Shown: in pieces, positions 21,794 through 31,800 of the stretch
How the letters are laid out: every line of letters starts with the position of its first letter
How positions within the stretch are numbered: the first letter of the stretch is position 1
NCBI RefSeq assembly: GCF_000771745.2
Contig: NZ_JPSL02000038.1
Coordinates: forward strand, 100,024 to 132,023
Origin: Thermus filiformis
GTDB lineage: Bacteria; Deinococcota; Deinococci; Deinococcales; Thermaceae
Direction of reading: 5' to 3'
Length of the DNA: 32,000 nucleotides
The notes under the pieces: generated by a model
What the model was told of the DNA's origin: nothing
Databases searched by the model: none
What the model saw: only the letters and a program-made list of their open reading frames with translations
Program-made: the position numbers and the translations under genes

Positions 21794-23699
21794 GGCCCTC
21801 ATCGTCTGGGGCACGGGAAGCGGGGTGGGGAAAAGCCTCCTCGTGGCGGGGCTTCTTCGCCACTTCCGCAGGCTCGGCCTGAGGGCCGCCCCCTTCAAGG
21901 CCCAGAACATGTCCAACCACGCCCGGGTGGTCCCGGGGGGGGAGATCGCCTCCGCCCAGTGGCTCCAGGCCCTGGCCGCCGGGGTGGAGCCCGAGGTGCG
22001 GATGAACCCCGTCCTGGTGAAGCCCTTCGGGGAAAGGGGCGCCCAGGTGGTGGTGTGGGGGAAGGTGGACCCCGCCCTCTCCCGGCTTCCCTGGAAGGAG
22101 CGCAAGCCCCACCTCGAGGCCCCCATCCGGGAGGCCCTGGAAGGTCTTTTGGCCGAGTACGAGCTTTTGGTCCTCGAGGGGGCGGGAAGCCCGGTGGAGC
22201 GGAACCTCTGGCCCGACCTCCCGAACCTGAAGGTGGCGGAGTGGGCCGATGCTAAGGCCCTCCTGGTGGCGGACGTGGACCAGGGGGGGGCTTTGGGGGC
22301 GCTCTACGGCACCTGGGCCCTTTTGGGGGAGCACCGGGGAAGGCTTATCGGCTTCGCCTTCAACAAGTTCCGGGGGGACCTGGAGCTTTTGAAGCCCGCC
22401 TACCGCCTCCTGGAAGACTGGACGGGCATCCCGGTCCTCGGAACCCTCCCCCTTCTTCCCCTGGAGCTCCCCGAGGAGGACGGGTTCCGCCACCGCCCCC
22501 GGGCGGCGGAAGGCCCCAAGGTGGCCCTCCTCCGCTACCCCCACGCCTCCAACCTGGACGAGTTCTGGCCCCTCTCCGAGCTCGCCCGCCCCGTGTACGC
22601 CACCACCCCCGAGGAGGCGGAAGGGGCGGAGCTCCTCGTCCTCCCGGGAAGCCGCTTCCCGGCCCGTGACCTCCCCTGGCTCAAGGCTTTCCTCCCCCTG
22701 ATCCAAAGGCACCTGGAGGCGGAAAAGCCCGTCCTCGCCGTCTGCGGCGGGGCGGAGATGCTCGCGGAGGCCATTTGGGACGAGGAGGGAGTGGAGGAAA
22801 AGGGGGTCTTCCCCGGCCTCGGCCTCCTTCCCTACCGGGTGCGCCTGGAGCGGGAGAAGCGGGTGGCGAAAACGGGGGCGCGCCTGGAAGGGCTTTCGGG
22901 GTACTGGGCGCGGCTAAATGGCCTCGAGGTCCAGGGGTACGAGATCCACCACGGCCGGGGCCTCCCCCTCTTCCACCAGGAAGGAAGCCTCCTCGCCACC
23001 TGGATGCACGGCCTCCTGGAAAACCCCCATGTGCAGCGGGCCCTCTTCGGCAAAGAGGCGCGGGGCCTGGAGGAGGCCCTGGAGGCCCTCGCGGACGCCC
23101 TCGAGGCCCACCTGGACCTGGGGGCGGTCCACCGGGCTTTGGGGCTTAAGGCCGCCCCCAAGGGCGGGGCCTCGGGGAGCGCGAGGGGGCTCGAGGCCCC
23201 TCCCCCCGGCCTCGTCCTCCTCCTGGGGGGAGCCAAAAGCGGCAAGAGCCGCCACGCCCAGCGCCTGGCCGGGCCCTTCGCCACCCTCATCGCCACCGCT
23301 GAGGCCCGGGACGAGGAGATGGCGGAGAGGATCCGCCGCCACAAGGAGGAGCGCCCCCCCACCTGGGAGACCCTGGAGGAGCCCCTGGACCTGGCGCGGG
23401 CCCTGGAGGAGGCCCGCCACCCCACGGTGGTGGTGGACTGCCTCACCCTCTGGGTGGCCAACCTGCTGGAGCGGGGGCTGGACCCTTTGGAGGAGACGGA
23501 GCGCTTCTTGGAGGCGGTGAAAAGGAGCGGCAAGCGGGTCATCGCCGTCTCCAACGAGGTGGGGATGGGGATCGTCCCCCCAAACCCCCTGGCCCGGCGC
23601 TACCGGGACCTCCTGGGCCAGGTGAACGCCCGCCTGGCCGAGGCGGCCCGGGAGGCTTACCTTTTGGTGGCGGGGCGGGCCCTTCCCCTAAAGGGCTAG
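21780..23699 (+). CDS. cobQ: cobyric acid synthase CobQ fused to adenosylcobinamide kinase/guanylyltransferase CobU
   Basis: CobQ part: GTGSGVGKS, the GATase motif VLAVCGG..ML, and YEIHHG. CobU part starts near 23209 with LLLGGAKSGKS and DCLTLWV. There is no stop between them. The start is uncertain (TTG 21780 or ATG 21744). Confidence 0.75.
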   Translation: MPRAKALIVWGTGSGVGKSLLVAGLLRHFRRLGLRAAPFKAQNMSNHARVVPGGEIASAQWLQALAAGVEPEVRMNPVLVKPFGERGAQVVVWGKVDPALSRLPWKERKPHLEAPIREALEGLLAEYELLVLEGAGSPVERNLWPDLPNLKVAEWADAKALLVADVDQGGALGALYGTWALLGEHRGRLIGFAFNKFRGDLELLKPAYRLLEDWTGIPVLGTLPLLPLELPEEDGFRHRPRAAEGPKVALLRYPHASNLDEFWPLSELARPVYATTPEEAEGAELLVLPGSRFPARDLPWLKAFLPLIQRHLEAEKPVLAVCGGAEMLAEAIWDEEGVEEKGVFPGLGLLPYRVRLEREKRVAKTGARLEGLSGYWARLNGLEVQGYEIHHGRGLPLFHQEGSLLATWMHGLLENPHVQRALFGKEARGLEEALEALADALEAHLDLGAVHRALGLKAAPKGGASGSARGLEAPPPGLVLLLGGAKSGKSRHAQRLAGPFATLIATAEARDEEMAERIRRHKEERPPTWETLEEPLDLARALEEARHPTVVVDCLTLWVANLLERGLDPLEETERFLEAVKRSGKRVIAVSNEVGMGIVPPNPLARRYRDLLGQVNARLAEAAREAYLLVAGRALPLKG

Positions 23700-23705
23700 A
23701 GGGTG

Positions 23706-23812
23706 AAGTTTGTTATATCGCCCTCGAGGCCCCCTCGCCATCTTTGCCTATCCTAAGGGAAAAGGGCACTTGTTATCCAGGGGCCGGGGGTGGGGCGAAA
23801 ATAACAAAGTTT
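23706..23812. repeat. Imperfect inverted repeat in low-GC spacer between cob operon and helicase gene
   Basis: AAGTTTGTTATATCGCCC (23706-23723) faces GGGCGAAAATAACAAAGTTT (23793-23812). A third TTGTTAT lies at about 23770. Confidence 0.4.
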
Positions 23813-23908
23813 GAGTGGAGGCTCTCCAGAATGCCTGGAACCCTGGCCACGCGAACGCCCGCCGGGAAGGGCTTACGGCCACCACGGGAGGGTTTGTAAT
23901 GCCCTCCT

Positions 23909-26900
23909 TCACCCCCCGCAGGCGAAGAGGTCCCGGTGGGCCTCCAAAAGGCCGGGCCAGGCCGCCTCGTCCCAGGGGACGACCACCACCCGGTAGCCCA
24001 GGTCCAGAAGCTCCTCCCGCTGGAGCTCGTCTATCTTCCGCTGCCGCTTTTCCTCGTGGTGGGGGCCGTCCACGTAGACCGCCACGTTGGGGCGGTAGAA
24101 GAAGTCGGCGATGGTGTGGGCCTGGGGGATGCGGTACTGGGCCTCGTCGGGCAGGCGGCAGCCCCGCTCGTGGAGGAAGAGGAGGAAGCGGCGCTCCAGG
24201 CCGGAGGCGCAGGCGGAAAGGAGCTCCTCCAGGCGCTCCTTCCCTCCGGGTTCTTCCGAAGCGGCCTCGAGGCGTGCCCCAAGCAGGGCCTCCAGGTAGG
24301 GCCGGGCCCGGTGGCGGTCCAGGTAGACGGCCTCCAGCTGGTTGCTGTAGGAGAGGAGGCACTCGTAGCAGGCCCGCTCGCACTCGGGCTTCAGGTCCTC
24401 GCCTCCCTCGCCGAAGTGGAGGACCCTCAGGGCTGAGGCCGCCACCTCCTTGAGGAGGTCCGGGTCCTCCAGAAGCCGCCTCAGGACCCCGAGCCCCCCC
24501 TCGGCGGCCTCGAGGTAGACGAAGGCCAGGTGCTCCCCCCGGCCCAAAAAGGCCAGGTCCAGCTCCGACTCCTCCACCTGGAAGAAGGCCTCCATCCCCC
24601 GCTTCAGAGCGTAGGCCAAGGAGTAGACCGCCTCCTCCCCCGCCTCCACCACCCGGGGGCCCGGGTAGAGGAAGAGGGCGTTCTGGGTGAGGTGGACGTA
24701 GAGGCGGTAGCGGCCCACCTTGGCCCCCGAAAGGGGGTCTTTGGCCTCCCGGTCCTCGCCCCACTCCCGCAGGAACTCCCCCGTGGCCAGGTCCACCATG
24801 AACCCCGGGGCCTTTCCCCGGCGCAGGCCGTGGTTGATCAGGTAGAAGCGGGCGGAGGGCAGGTACTCCATCCGGAACCCCCCCAGGCCCTCCGCCTCCC
24901 CCACGGCCTGGAGGCGGCGCTCCTCTGGGACGCCCTCGAGGTCGTAGCCCAGCTCCAAAAGGTACCCGCCCCGGAGGCGCTCCTCCTCGTTGGCGGTGAT
25001 GCGGTCGCGGCGGCGCAGGGCCACGTTGCCGAACTCCAGGAGGAGGAGGCGTTCGGCGTTTGCCCCCTCAAACAGGGCCCCGCACCCCGGGCAGCGGGAG
25101 GCCTCCTCCGGGGCCACGCGGCCGCAGGCCCGGCAGAGCCACCGGGAGGCCACCCGGGCCTCCAGCCCCCCCGGGACCTGCAGGAAGCGGGCGGGGGCCC
25201 ACTTCGCCCCCTCGTGGTAGAGGAGGCTTCCGGGGGCCATCTCCCGCAGGGCCAGGGGGCGGGGGCGCTGGATGTACTCCCCGTCCCCCCGGGGCACCCA
25301 GGCGGTGATGGGGAGGGTGGGGAAGCCGTAGCCGGGGAGGAAGCCCTCGGTGGCCAGGTACCGGTAGGGGTAGAAGTCCCCCTCCTCCTTGGCCACCCCG
25401 GTCTGCCGCAGGAGGTCCAGCTGGCGCTCCGCCTCCTTCCGCCGCCGCTCTATCTCCTGGCGCTCCTGGGCGTTCGCCACTTTGACCCGGGCCCGGGAGG
25501 CCCGCTCGTACTCCTCCCAGGCCGCCCGGAAGAGCTCCCGCCAGCGGTCAAAGGCCCGGTCAAAGGCCTGGGGGGCCTCCTCCACCACCTCCCTTAGCCA
25601 CGCCTCGCCGAAGCCCTGCCCCTCCAGCTCCTCCCAGTCGGGGGCCAGGGCCCGGCGCACCCGCTCCAGGAGGGCCCGCTTGGCCTCCTCGGAAAGGTGG
25701 AGGCTTCGGCGCACCTCCTCGTAGAGGGGAAGCTCCGGGTAGCGGTCCTCGTCCAGGACGCTGGTGACGCTCTGGTGGAGGGAAAGCCCCGTGGCGGAGA
25801 GCCACTCCGCCTGGACGTGGGCCCGCAAAAGGGCCTCGTTGGTCAGGTCCAGGCTGGGGGCCCGCACCGCCCCGGCCACCATCTCCTGGCGGTTATGGAA
25901 GAAGTAGCGGTCGTGGTGGTTGAAGGCCCCGGCGAAGCTCACCACCAGCCCCGCCTGGCCCTGCCGCCCCGCCCGGCCCGAGCGCTGGGCGTAGTTGGCC
26001 GGGGTGGGGGGGATGTTGCGCAGGTGGACCATGTCCAAATCGGCGATGTCCACCCCCAGCTCGAGGGTGGGCGAGGCCACCAGGAAGGGGAGCCGCCGCT
26101 CGTCCTTCAGCTGGGACCGGTCCTCCTCCGAGAAGCGGAAGCGCCGCTCCCGCCGCTCCCGCTCCCCGGGGGCCACCACCTGGGCGGTGTGCTCCCGGGC
26201 CTCGAGGCCCAGAAGCTCCCCGGGCGGCGTCCCGTAGAGCTGGACGAAGAAGGGGTTGGCGTTTTCCGCCGCCTCCCCCAGGGTCCAGAGGAGGGCGGAC
26301 TCGGGGATGCGGTACCCCTCCCCCTGCCGCAGGAGGAGGCCGAAGCCCTGGAGGACCTCCAGGAAGACGGGGTAGTCCTCCGGGGTGAGGCCGAGCTCCT
26401 TGAGGAGGCGGCCCAGGGCGCTCCTGGGGGTGAGGGGGAGGAGGTTCTCCTCCCGGGCCTGCGCCTCCGGCAGGACCAAGAGGGCGGGGCGGAGGGGGGC
26501 GTCCTCCTCCCCCAGGGCCCAGAACTCGCTCAGGTGCTCCTGGCTCCGCTTCTTGAGCTTTTTGAAGGCCTCCTCCTGCAGGATGGGGGCGGCCACCACC
26601 AACCGCTTGCGGAGCCGGTCCAAAAAAGCCCTCACCCCCTCGCGAAGCCGCTCGTCCGAAAGGCCCTTTAGGGCGGGAAGGGCCCGGCGCAGGTCCTCCA
26701 GGAGGCGGGGGTTTTCCAGGTCCCGGTAGGCCAGGCGGAGGAGGCCCAGGTCCTCCAGGTTGGGCTGGGTGAAGCGCCACTCGTGCCTAAGGTCCTCGTA
26801 GAGGCGGAAGAGAAGGAGCTCCTGCATGGCCTCCCGGGCCTCTTGGGCCGCCCGGGTCCCCGGCTTGAGCAGGGGGTTTCGGGCGTAGTGGGAAGGGTCC

Positions 26901-28861
26901 AGGCCCGAGGCCTCCAGGACCGCCCCCGCCAGGTCCAAGGCCGAAAGCACCCGGTGCGCCCTCAGGGCCTGGTAAAGGGCCGAGCGCACCAAGGCGGTCT
27001 GGACGAAGTCGTTGAAGTGGCCCGCCTGCAAGGAGGCGTCCTGCCGGTTGTCGGTGAAGGAGAGGAGCTTGTCCCTCCCCTCGCCCAGGCGCTCCCGGGC
27101 CTCCTTGAGGAGGTTGAGGGCCAAGGCGGTGGTGGCCGAGGTGCGGCCCTCGCTGCCCAGGTAGGTGAGCTTGCGGAACTCCCCCACCCGCCGGTCGTAG
27201 TGCTCCCCGCAGCGGACGCAGAGGGCAAAGGGGGCCTCCTGAAGGTAGAAGGGGGCCGCCCCGGGGGCGGGCCCGGCCTCGAGGCGGCCCTGGGGGTCGG
27301 CGTAGACCAGGCGGGGGGCCCGGTCCCTCCAGGTTTTGCGGAGGTTCCCCCCCTCGTCGTACCAGGCCTCGGGGAGGTCCAGGTCCCCCTCGGCGTGGGC
27401 CAGGTAGACCTCCCTCCCCGCGCCCGCCTCGAGCCCCTCCGGGTAGGGCAGGAGGGTGCCCTCTTCGGTGAGGAGGGCGTGGTAGTAGTCCTGGCCGCAG
27501 TTTCGGCAGAAGCGCAAGGGGAAGAAGGGCCGCTTCTGCCTCAGGACGTTCTCCGAGGAGAAGTCCCGCACCGCTGGGTCTTCCAGGGTGGCGTAGACGG
27601 GCCGGGTCTGGGAGACGAACTGGTGAAGCTTGAAGGCGAAGACGGGCCTGCCCCCCTCGCCCTCGAGGCGGGAGAGGCGGTCTATGGCCTCCTCGAGCCG
27701 CTTCCGGGCCTCTTGGGGAAGGAGGCCTGTGCGCTCGGCCAAAAGGCGGGCGGCCTCCTCCAAGGTCCTCGGGGTGCGGCGGCGGTAGGCCCCGGGGGCC
27801 TCCTCCTCCAGGCCCAGCTCCCACTCCAAAAAGCGGGCCAAGGGGTGGCGCCGCCACTCGGAAAGGCTTTCCGGAAAAGGCGCCCATAGGGCGCGGCGAA
27901 GCTCCTCCTCGTCCGGGGGGCCCCCTTCCGTGACCGGGGAGAGGACCTCCTCCACCACGTCCTCCTCGGAGATGGGGTGGCCGAAGAAGCGGCTCGCGAA
28001 CCGGGCCACCGCCTGCCGCCTCTCCTCCCGGGTCGCCCGCTTGCCCGCCACCAGGGTGGCGCTCGTCCCCACGTGGACCACGGGCCGCCCCTCGGGGAGG
28101 CGGGCGCGGAAGCGGCGCACCAGGAGGGCCACGTCCGCCCCTTGGCGGCCCCGGTAGGTGTGGAGCTCGTCAAAGACCAGGAAGAAGGGCTCCGTGCTGT
28201 TGGGCGGGGAGACCAGGTCCCGGTCCTCCGGGCGGACCATCAGGTACTCCAGCATCACGTAGTTGGTGAGGAGGAGGTGGGGCGGGTCCTTTTGGATTTC
28301 GCGGCGGTCGTCCTCGCCCGTCTCCCCGGTGTAGCGGGCGAAGCGGAGGGGGAAGGGCCGCTTTTCCCGGCTCTCGTAGGCCGCCTTCAGCTCCTCCAGG
28401 GCCTTGAGCTGGGAGTTCACCAGGGCGTTCATGGGGTAGACCACCACGGCCAAAGGCCCCCTCAGGTCGGGGCGGCGGGCGGCCAGGTCCAGGATGGGGA
28501 TGAAGTAGGCGAAGCTCTTCCCCGAGCCGGTGCCCGAGGTGAGGACGAAGCTCCTCCCCTCCCGGGCCCTGCGGATGGCCTCCACCTGGTGGCGGAAAAG
28601 GCGGTAGGGCGCCCCGTCCCGGCGGCGGAAGACCCGGGCGGTGGTGGGGTGGAGGAGGCCCTCTTGGGCCAGGGCGTCCACGTCCGGCCCCAGGGCGTAG
28701 CCTGGGGAGAGCTGAAGGAAGGGCTCGGGCCAGAGCTCCTTGTCCTCCCGCAGGTACTTCCGCACGAAGCCCTCGAGCCGGGGGTCGGCCACCCGGACGA
28801 AGGACTCTATGAAGTCCCGGTAGCGCTCCAGGGCCTTTTGGTGAACCTCAAAGATGGACAT
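23909..28861 (-). CDS. 1650-aa SF2 DExH helicase with DUF1998/MrfA-type Zn modules and C-terminal Vsr/DUF559-like endonuclease
   Basis: Helicase motifs: TSGTGSGKS (28514-28540), DELH (28160-28171), SFTDNRQDAS and QRSGRAGRQG. Also GFLPGYGFP, the Cys clusters CRNCG/CVRCG and CRACG..CPGCG, and ECERACYECLLSYSNQ. The C-terminus reads ADFFY..VAVYVDGPHH..R..ELLDLGYRVVVV. An AGGAGG RBS precedes the ATG. Confidence 0.9.
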   Translation of the reverse strand: MSIFEVHQKALERYRDFIESFVRVADPRLEGFVRKYLREDKELWPEPFLQLSPGYALGPDVDALAQEGLLHPTTARVFRRRDGAPYRLFRHQVEAIRRAREGRSFVLTSGTGSGKSFAYFIPILDLAARRPDLRGPLAVVVYPMNALVNSQLKALEELKAAYESREKRPFPLRFARYTGETGEDDRREIQKDPPHLLLTNYVMLEYLMVRPEDRDLVSPPNSTEPFFLVFDELHTYRGRQGADVALLVRRFRARLPEGRPVVHVGTSATLVAGKRATREERRQAVARFASRFFGHPISEEDVVEEVLSPVTEGGPPDEEELRRALWAPFPESLSEWRRHPLARFLEWELGLEEEAPGAYRRRTPRTLEEAARLLAERTGLLPQEARKRLEEAIDRLSRLEGEGGRPVFAFKLHQFVSQTRPVYATLEDPAVRDFSSENVLRQKRPFFPLRFCRNCGQDYYHALLTEEGTLLPYPEGLEAGAGREVYLAHAEGDLDLPEAWYDEGGNLRKTWRDRAPRLVYADPQGRLEAGPAPGAAPFYLQEAPFALCVRCGEHYDRRVGEFRKLTYLGSEGRTSATTALALNLLKEARERLGEGRDKLLSFTDNRQDASLQAGHFNDFVQTALVRSALYQALRAHRVLSALDLAGAVLEASGLDPSHYARNPLLKPGTRAAQEAREAMQELLLFRLYEDLRHEWRFTQPNLEDLGLLRLAYRDLENPRLLEDLRRALPALKGLSDERLREGVRAFLDRLRKRLVVAAPILQEEAFKKLKKRSQEHLSEFWALGEEDAPLRPALLVLPEAQAREENLLPLTPRSALGRLLKELGLTPEDYPVFLEVLQGFGLLLRQGEGYRIPESALLWTLGEAAENANPFFVQLYGTPPGELLGLEAREHTAQVVAPGERERRERRFRFSEEDRSQLKDERRLPFLVASPTLELGVDIADLDMVHLRNIPPTPANYAQRSGRAGRQGQAGLVVSFAGAFNHHDRYFFHNRQEMVAGAVRAPSLDLTNEALLRAHVQAEWLSATGLSLHQSVTSVLDEDRYPELPLYEEVRRSLHLSEEAKRALLERVRRALAPDWEELEGQGFGEAWLREVVEEAPQAFDRAFDRWRELFRAAWEEYERASRARVKVANAQERQEIERRRKEAERQLDLLRQTGVAKEEGDFYPYRYLATEGFLPGYGFPTLPITAWVPRGDGEYIQRPRPLALREMAPGSLLYHEGAKWAPARFLQVPGGLEARVASRWLCRACGRVAPEEASRCPGCGALFEGANAERLLLLEFGNVALRRRDRITANEEERLRGGYLLELGYDLEGVPEERRLQAVGEAEGLGGFRMEYLPSARFYLINHGLRRGKAPGFMVDLATGEFLREWGEDREAKDPLSGAKVGRYRLYVHLTQNALFLYPGPRVVEAGEEAVYSLAYALKRGMEAFFQVEESELDLAFLGRGEHLAFVYLEAAEGGLGVLRRLLEDPDLLKEVAASALRVLHFGEGGEDLKPECERACYECLLSYSNQLEAVYLDRHRARPYLEALLGARLEAASEEPGGKERLEELLSACASGLERRFLLFLHERGCRLPDEAQYRIPQAHTIADFFYRPNVAVYVDGPHHEEKRQRKIDELQREELLDLGYRVVVVPWDEAAWPGLLEAHRDLFACGG

Positions 28862-28875
28862 ACGCCTCCTTTAGC

Positions 28876-31800
28876 TTAGCCTTCGCCAAACCCGGCCTCC
28901 AAAAGCCGCTCCCACGCCTCCAGCACCCATCTTTTGGTCCGGTACTCCCCGTGGCGCTCCTCCTCCTTGCGGCGGGTGATGGGGAACTGGTCCAGGACGT
29001 AGTCTATGGCCTCTTTGGGGGTGGGGAAGAGCTTCCTTAGCTCTGGTGGGGCCTCCCGCGCCCACGCCTCGGGGGTGCCCAGGTAGAGGAGGAAGTAAAG
29101 GGCGTCCAGCTCGGCCCGCAGGCGGGCACGCCGCCCGGGGTCGTAGCGGAAGGGGGGGAAGGGGTAGGGGGCCTTGAGCCAGGGCGGGGGCTCGTCCCGG
29201 TGGCCGCCGTTTCCCGAAAGCTGGGCCAGAATGGCCTCCCGCAAAGGTCCCTCTGCCTCGTTCCAAACGTCCTGGGCGAAGGGAGCCAGGTCCCAGGCGG
29301 TGTAGACCAGCTCGAGCACCCGGGGCACCACGAAACGCAGGTGCTCCGGGCCGTAGGCCGAGGGGGGGAGGACGGGAAGCTGTTTGGTCACGTGGTACTT
29401 GAGGTGGGTCCCGCCGATTTTCTGACGGACCGTGTAGTCAAAGGGCAGGGCGTTGAGGTTGGCGAGAAGGACCGAGACGAGGGGGGTCGGAGCGCTGGGA
29501 AACATCTGGAGGAAGGTGTCCCCGGCTCCCACCCTGGGGTAGACGGAAGCAATGAAGGTGCGCTCATCGGTAGACCGAGCGATGTCCCGCCAACCCATGT
29601 TCCACCCCCGGTCCCAGCGCCAGACCACCTTTACCGTGCGGTCCCGCCGTTCCAGCCGCCCCTCCACCTCCTTTTCGGCCACCCAGTACCGGGGCAGGAC
29701 CAGGAAGCGGGGGTCGGCCTTCTCGGCCTCGGTCACGTCCCGGGTGTCGCTCCCCGCGTAGGTGGCCCAGCGGTGGTCAAACTGGTGGATGAGCTTGGCC
29801 TCGTAAAGGGGCAGGTACCGCTCGTCCTTCCCCACGAAGGCGTTCCCCTCCAGGCGGAGGCCCTGGGCCTCGAGGTCCTGGAGGGTGTGGAAGAGGTGGG
29901 AGGCGCTGGTCATGTTGAAAAGCCCCTGCATGAACTCCACCCCCCACGGGTTCCCGGCTTCTCCCCTACCCTCATCCACCAGCACGGGCACCCGCCGGTA
30001 GACGTACTTGGTCAGCTCCGCGTCCCGCCGGGTGCGGAAGACGGGGGCGGTGCGGGTGTTGGGGTTGAGGAGGCGGAAGTCCTCCGGGGTGAGGGAGAAG
30101 AGGCGCTCGGGGTCGGACAGGTCGTCCACGCTGTGGCAGAAGAAGGCGAACCGGGCGGGCTCGCTCGCGGAGCCCTCGGGCTTGCGCAGGGCGAGGACGC
30201 AGAACTTCATGCGGCTGTCCACCGCCGGGAAGAGCTTCTGCCGGTTCTCAAAGTCGTACAAGGCCGCAAGCTCCCCCCGCCCCGCCACCTCGGCGAAGAA
30301 GAACTTGTTGGTGTCGTCGGTGGCAATGCCCGTGGGCACCACCACCCCCGCCCGGCCCCCTTGACGGGTGAGGGTGCGGGCCAGCTCGGAGAAGAGCGGG
30401 TACAGGTTGATTTTCCCCCTCGCGCTCAGAGGGAAGCGGCCCGACTCCCGAACGAAGGCGTTGAAGCCCCTCAAGTCCCGAACGTACTCCAACCACTCCT
30501 CGTAAAGCCGAGGGTTGCGCTGGGGTAGCTCCTGGATGAGCCTCTTCCGCCGGGCACCGCTAGCCTGGGCGATCTCGGGGTCTTTCTGGGCGAAGAACTC
30601 CTCCTCCCCTGCCTGGACCACCTCCCAAGGCGGGTTGCCCAGGACCACGTCAAACCACCCCTGGGCGAAGACCTCGGGGAACTCCAGCCACCAATGGAAG
30701 AAGCCCACCTTTTGGGCAAGGTCGGTGGCCAGGGCCTCGAGCCTCGGGTCCACCCGGCCCTCGAGGGCGTCCCAGACCGCCCCGGTGGTGATGAAGGGGC
30801 CCTCGCCCCGCAGGGGCTGGAAGAAGGCCGCCGTCCAGAGGTCCGCCGCCAGGCGCATTTTCTGCCACATGTCGCTCTTCTTCAGGGCCTCGTAGCGCCG
30901 GGCCTTTTCCGCCACCCCCTCCGGGGTGTCCTCGCTCAGGCGGGCGATCTCCTCCATCTCGCGCCGGAAGGCCTCGAGGGCCTTTCGGAAGTCCTCCTCC
31001 CCGAAGCCCCCGAAGAGGTACCGGTCGCCCCCCCGCTCCCTCTGGTTCTGCTTCTTGACGGCCCTCGCCACCCCCTTGTCGTCCCCCTCCTTGGGCTCAA
31101 AAGCCTCGTCCGGTATGCCCCGGAGGAGGTCCTCATAGGAGAAGGTCCCCACCAGGCTGTCCCCGTGGCGCACCCGGTGGTCCAGGAAGCCCAGGGGCTT
31201 GCCCTGGAGCTGGCTTTCCATCCACAGGCCCACCCGGCAAAGCTCCGCCGCCAGGGGGTTCTTGTCCACCGCGTAGAGGCAGTGGGCCACCACCTCCCGC
31301 ACCGCCTTTCGCAGGGCCTGGGGGTCGGGCTCCTCCTCCCCCGTGCGCACCTGGGCCAGGCGCTTCCCGAGCCGCCGGGCCGCCCCCAGGAGGAAGTGCC
31401 CCGAGCCCGCCGCCGGGTCCACCACCTTTAGGGAAAGGAGGGCCCGCTCCCGCTCCTCCTGGGAGGCCGCCCCCCTTAGGCGCTCCTCCACCACCGGGTC
31501 CAGGGCCTCCTTCAGGACCAGCTCCACCAGCTCATGGGGGGTGTAGTAGCTCCCGGTCTGCTTCCGCTCCGTCCCCCCGGCGAAGGCGAACTCCGGCCCC
31601 TCCGCCCCCGGCAGGACCACGGGGCGGTGGTCCAGAAGGCTCTCGTAGACCGAGCCCAGCTCCTCCACGTCCAAGGCGGCGTAGTTCACCCGCTGGAGCC
31701 CCCCCGCCTCCCGGTCGTGGTAGTAGACCAGGTGGCGAAAGCCCAAGAGGAGGTGGCGGTTGTCCACGGCGTAGGGCTCCTCCTCCAGGGCCAGGGGCTC

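Noticed and set aside
23748-27889. Long ORFs (23748..24764, 24530..25597, 25697..26671, 25893..26780, 26783..27889, 26787..27887) inside the helicase gene
   Set aside because: All are Pro/Gly/Arg/Leu-rich alternate frames of a 1650-aa ORF that carries ordered helicase, Zn and nuclease motifs throughout.
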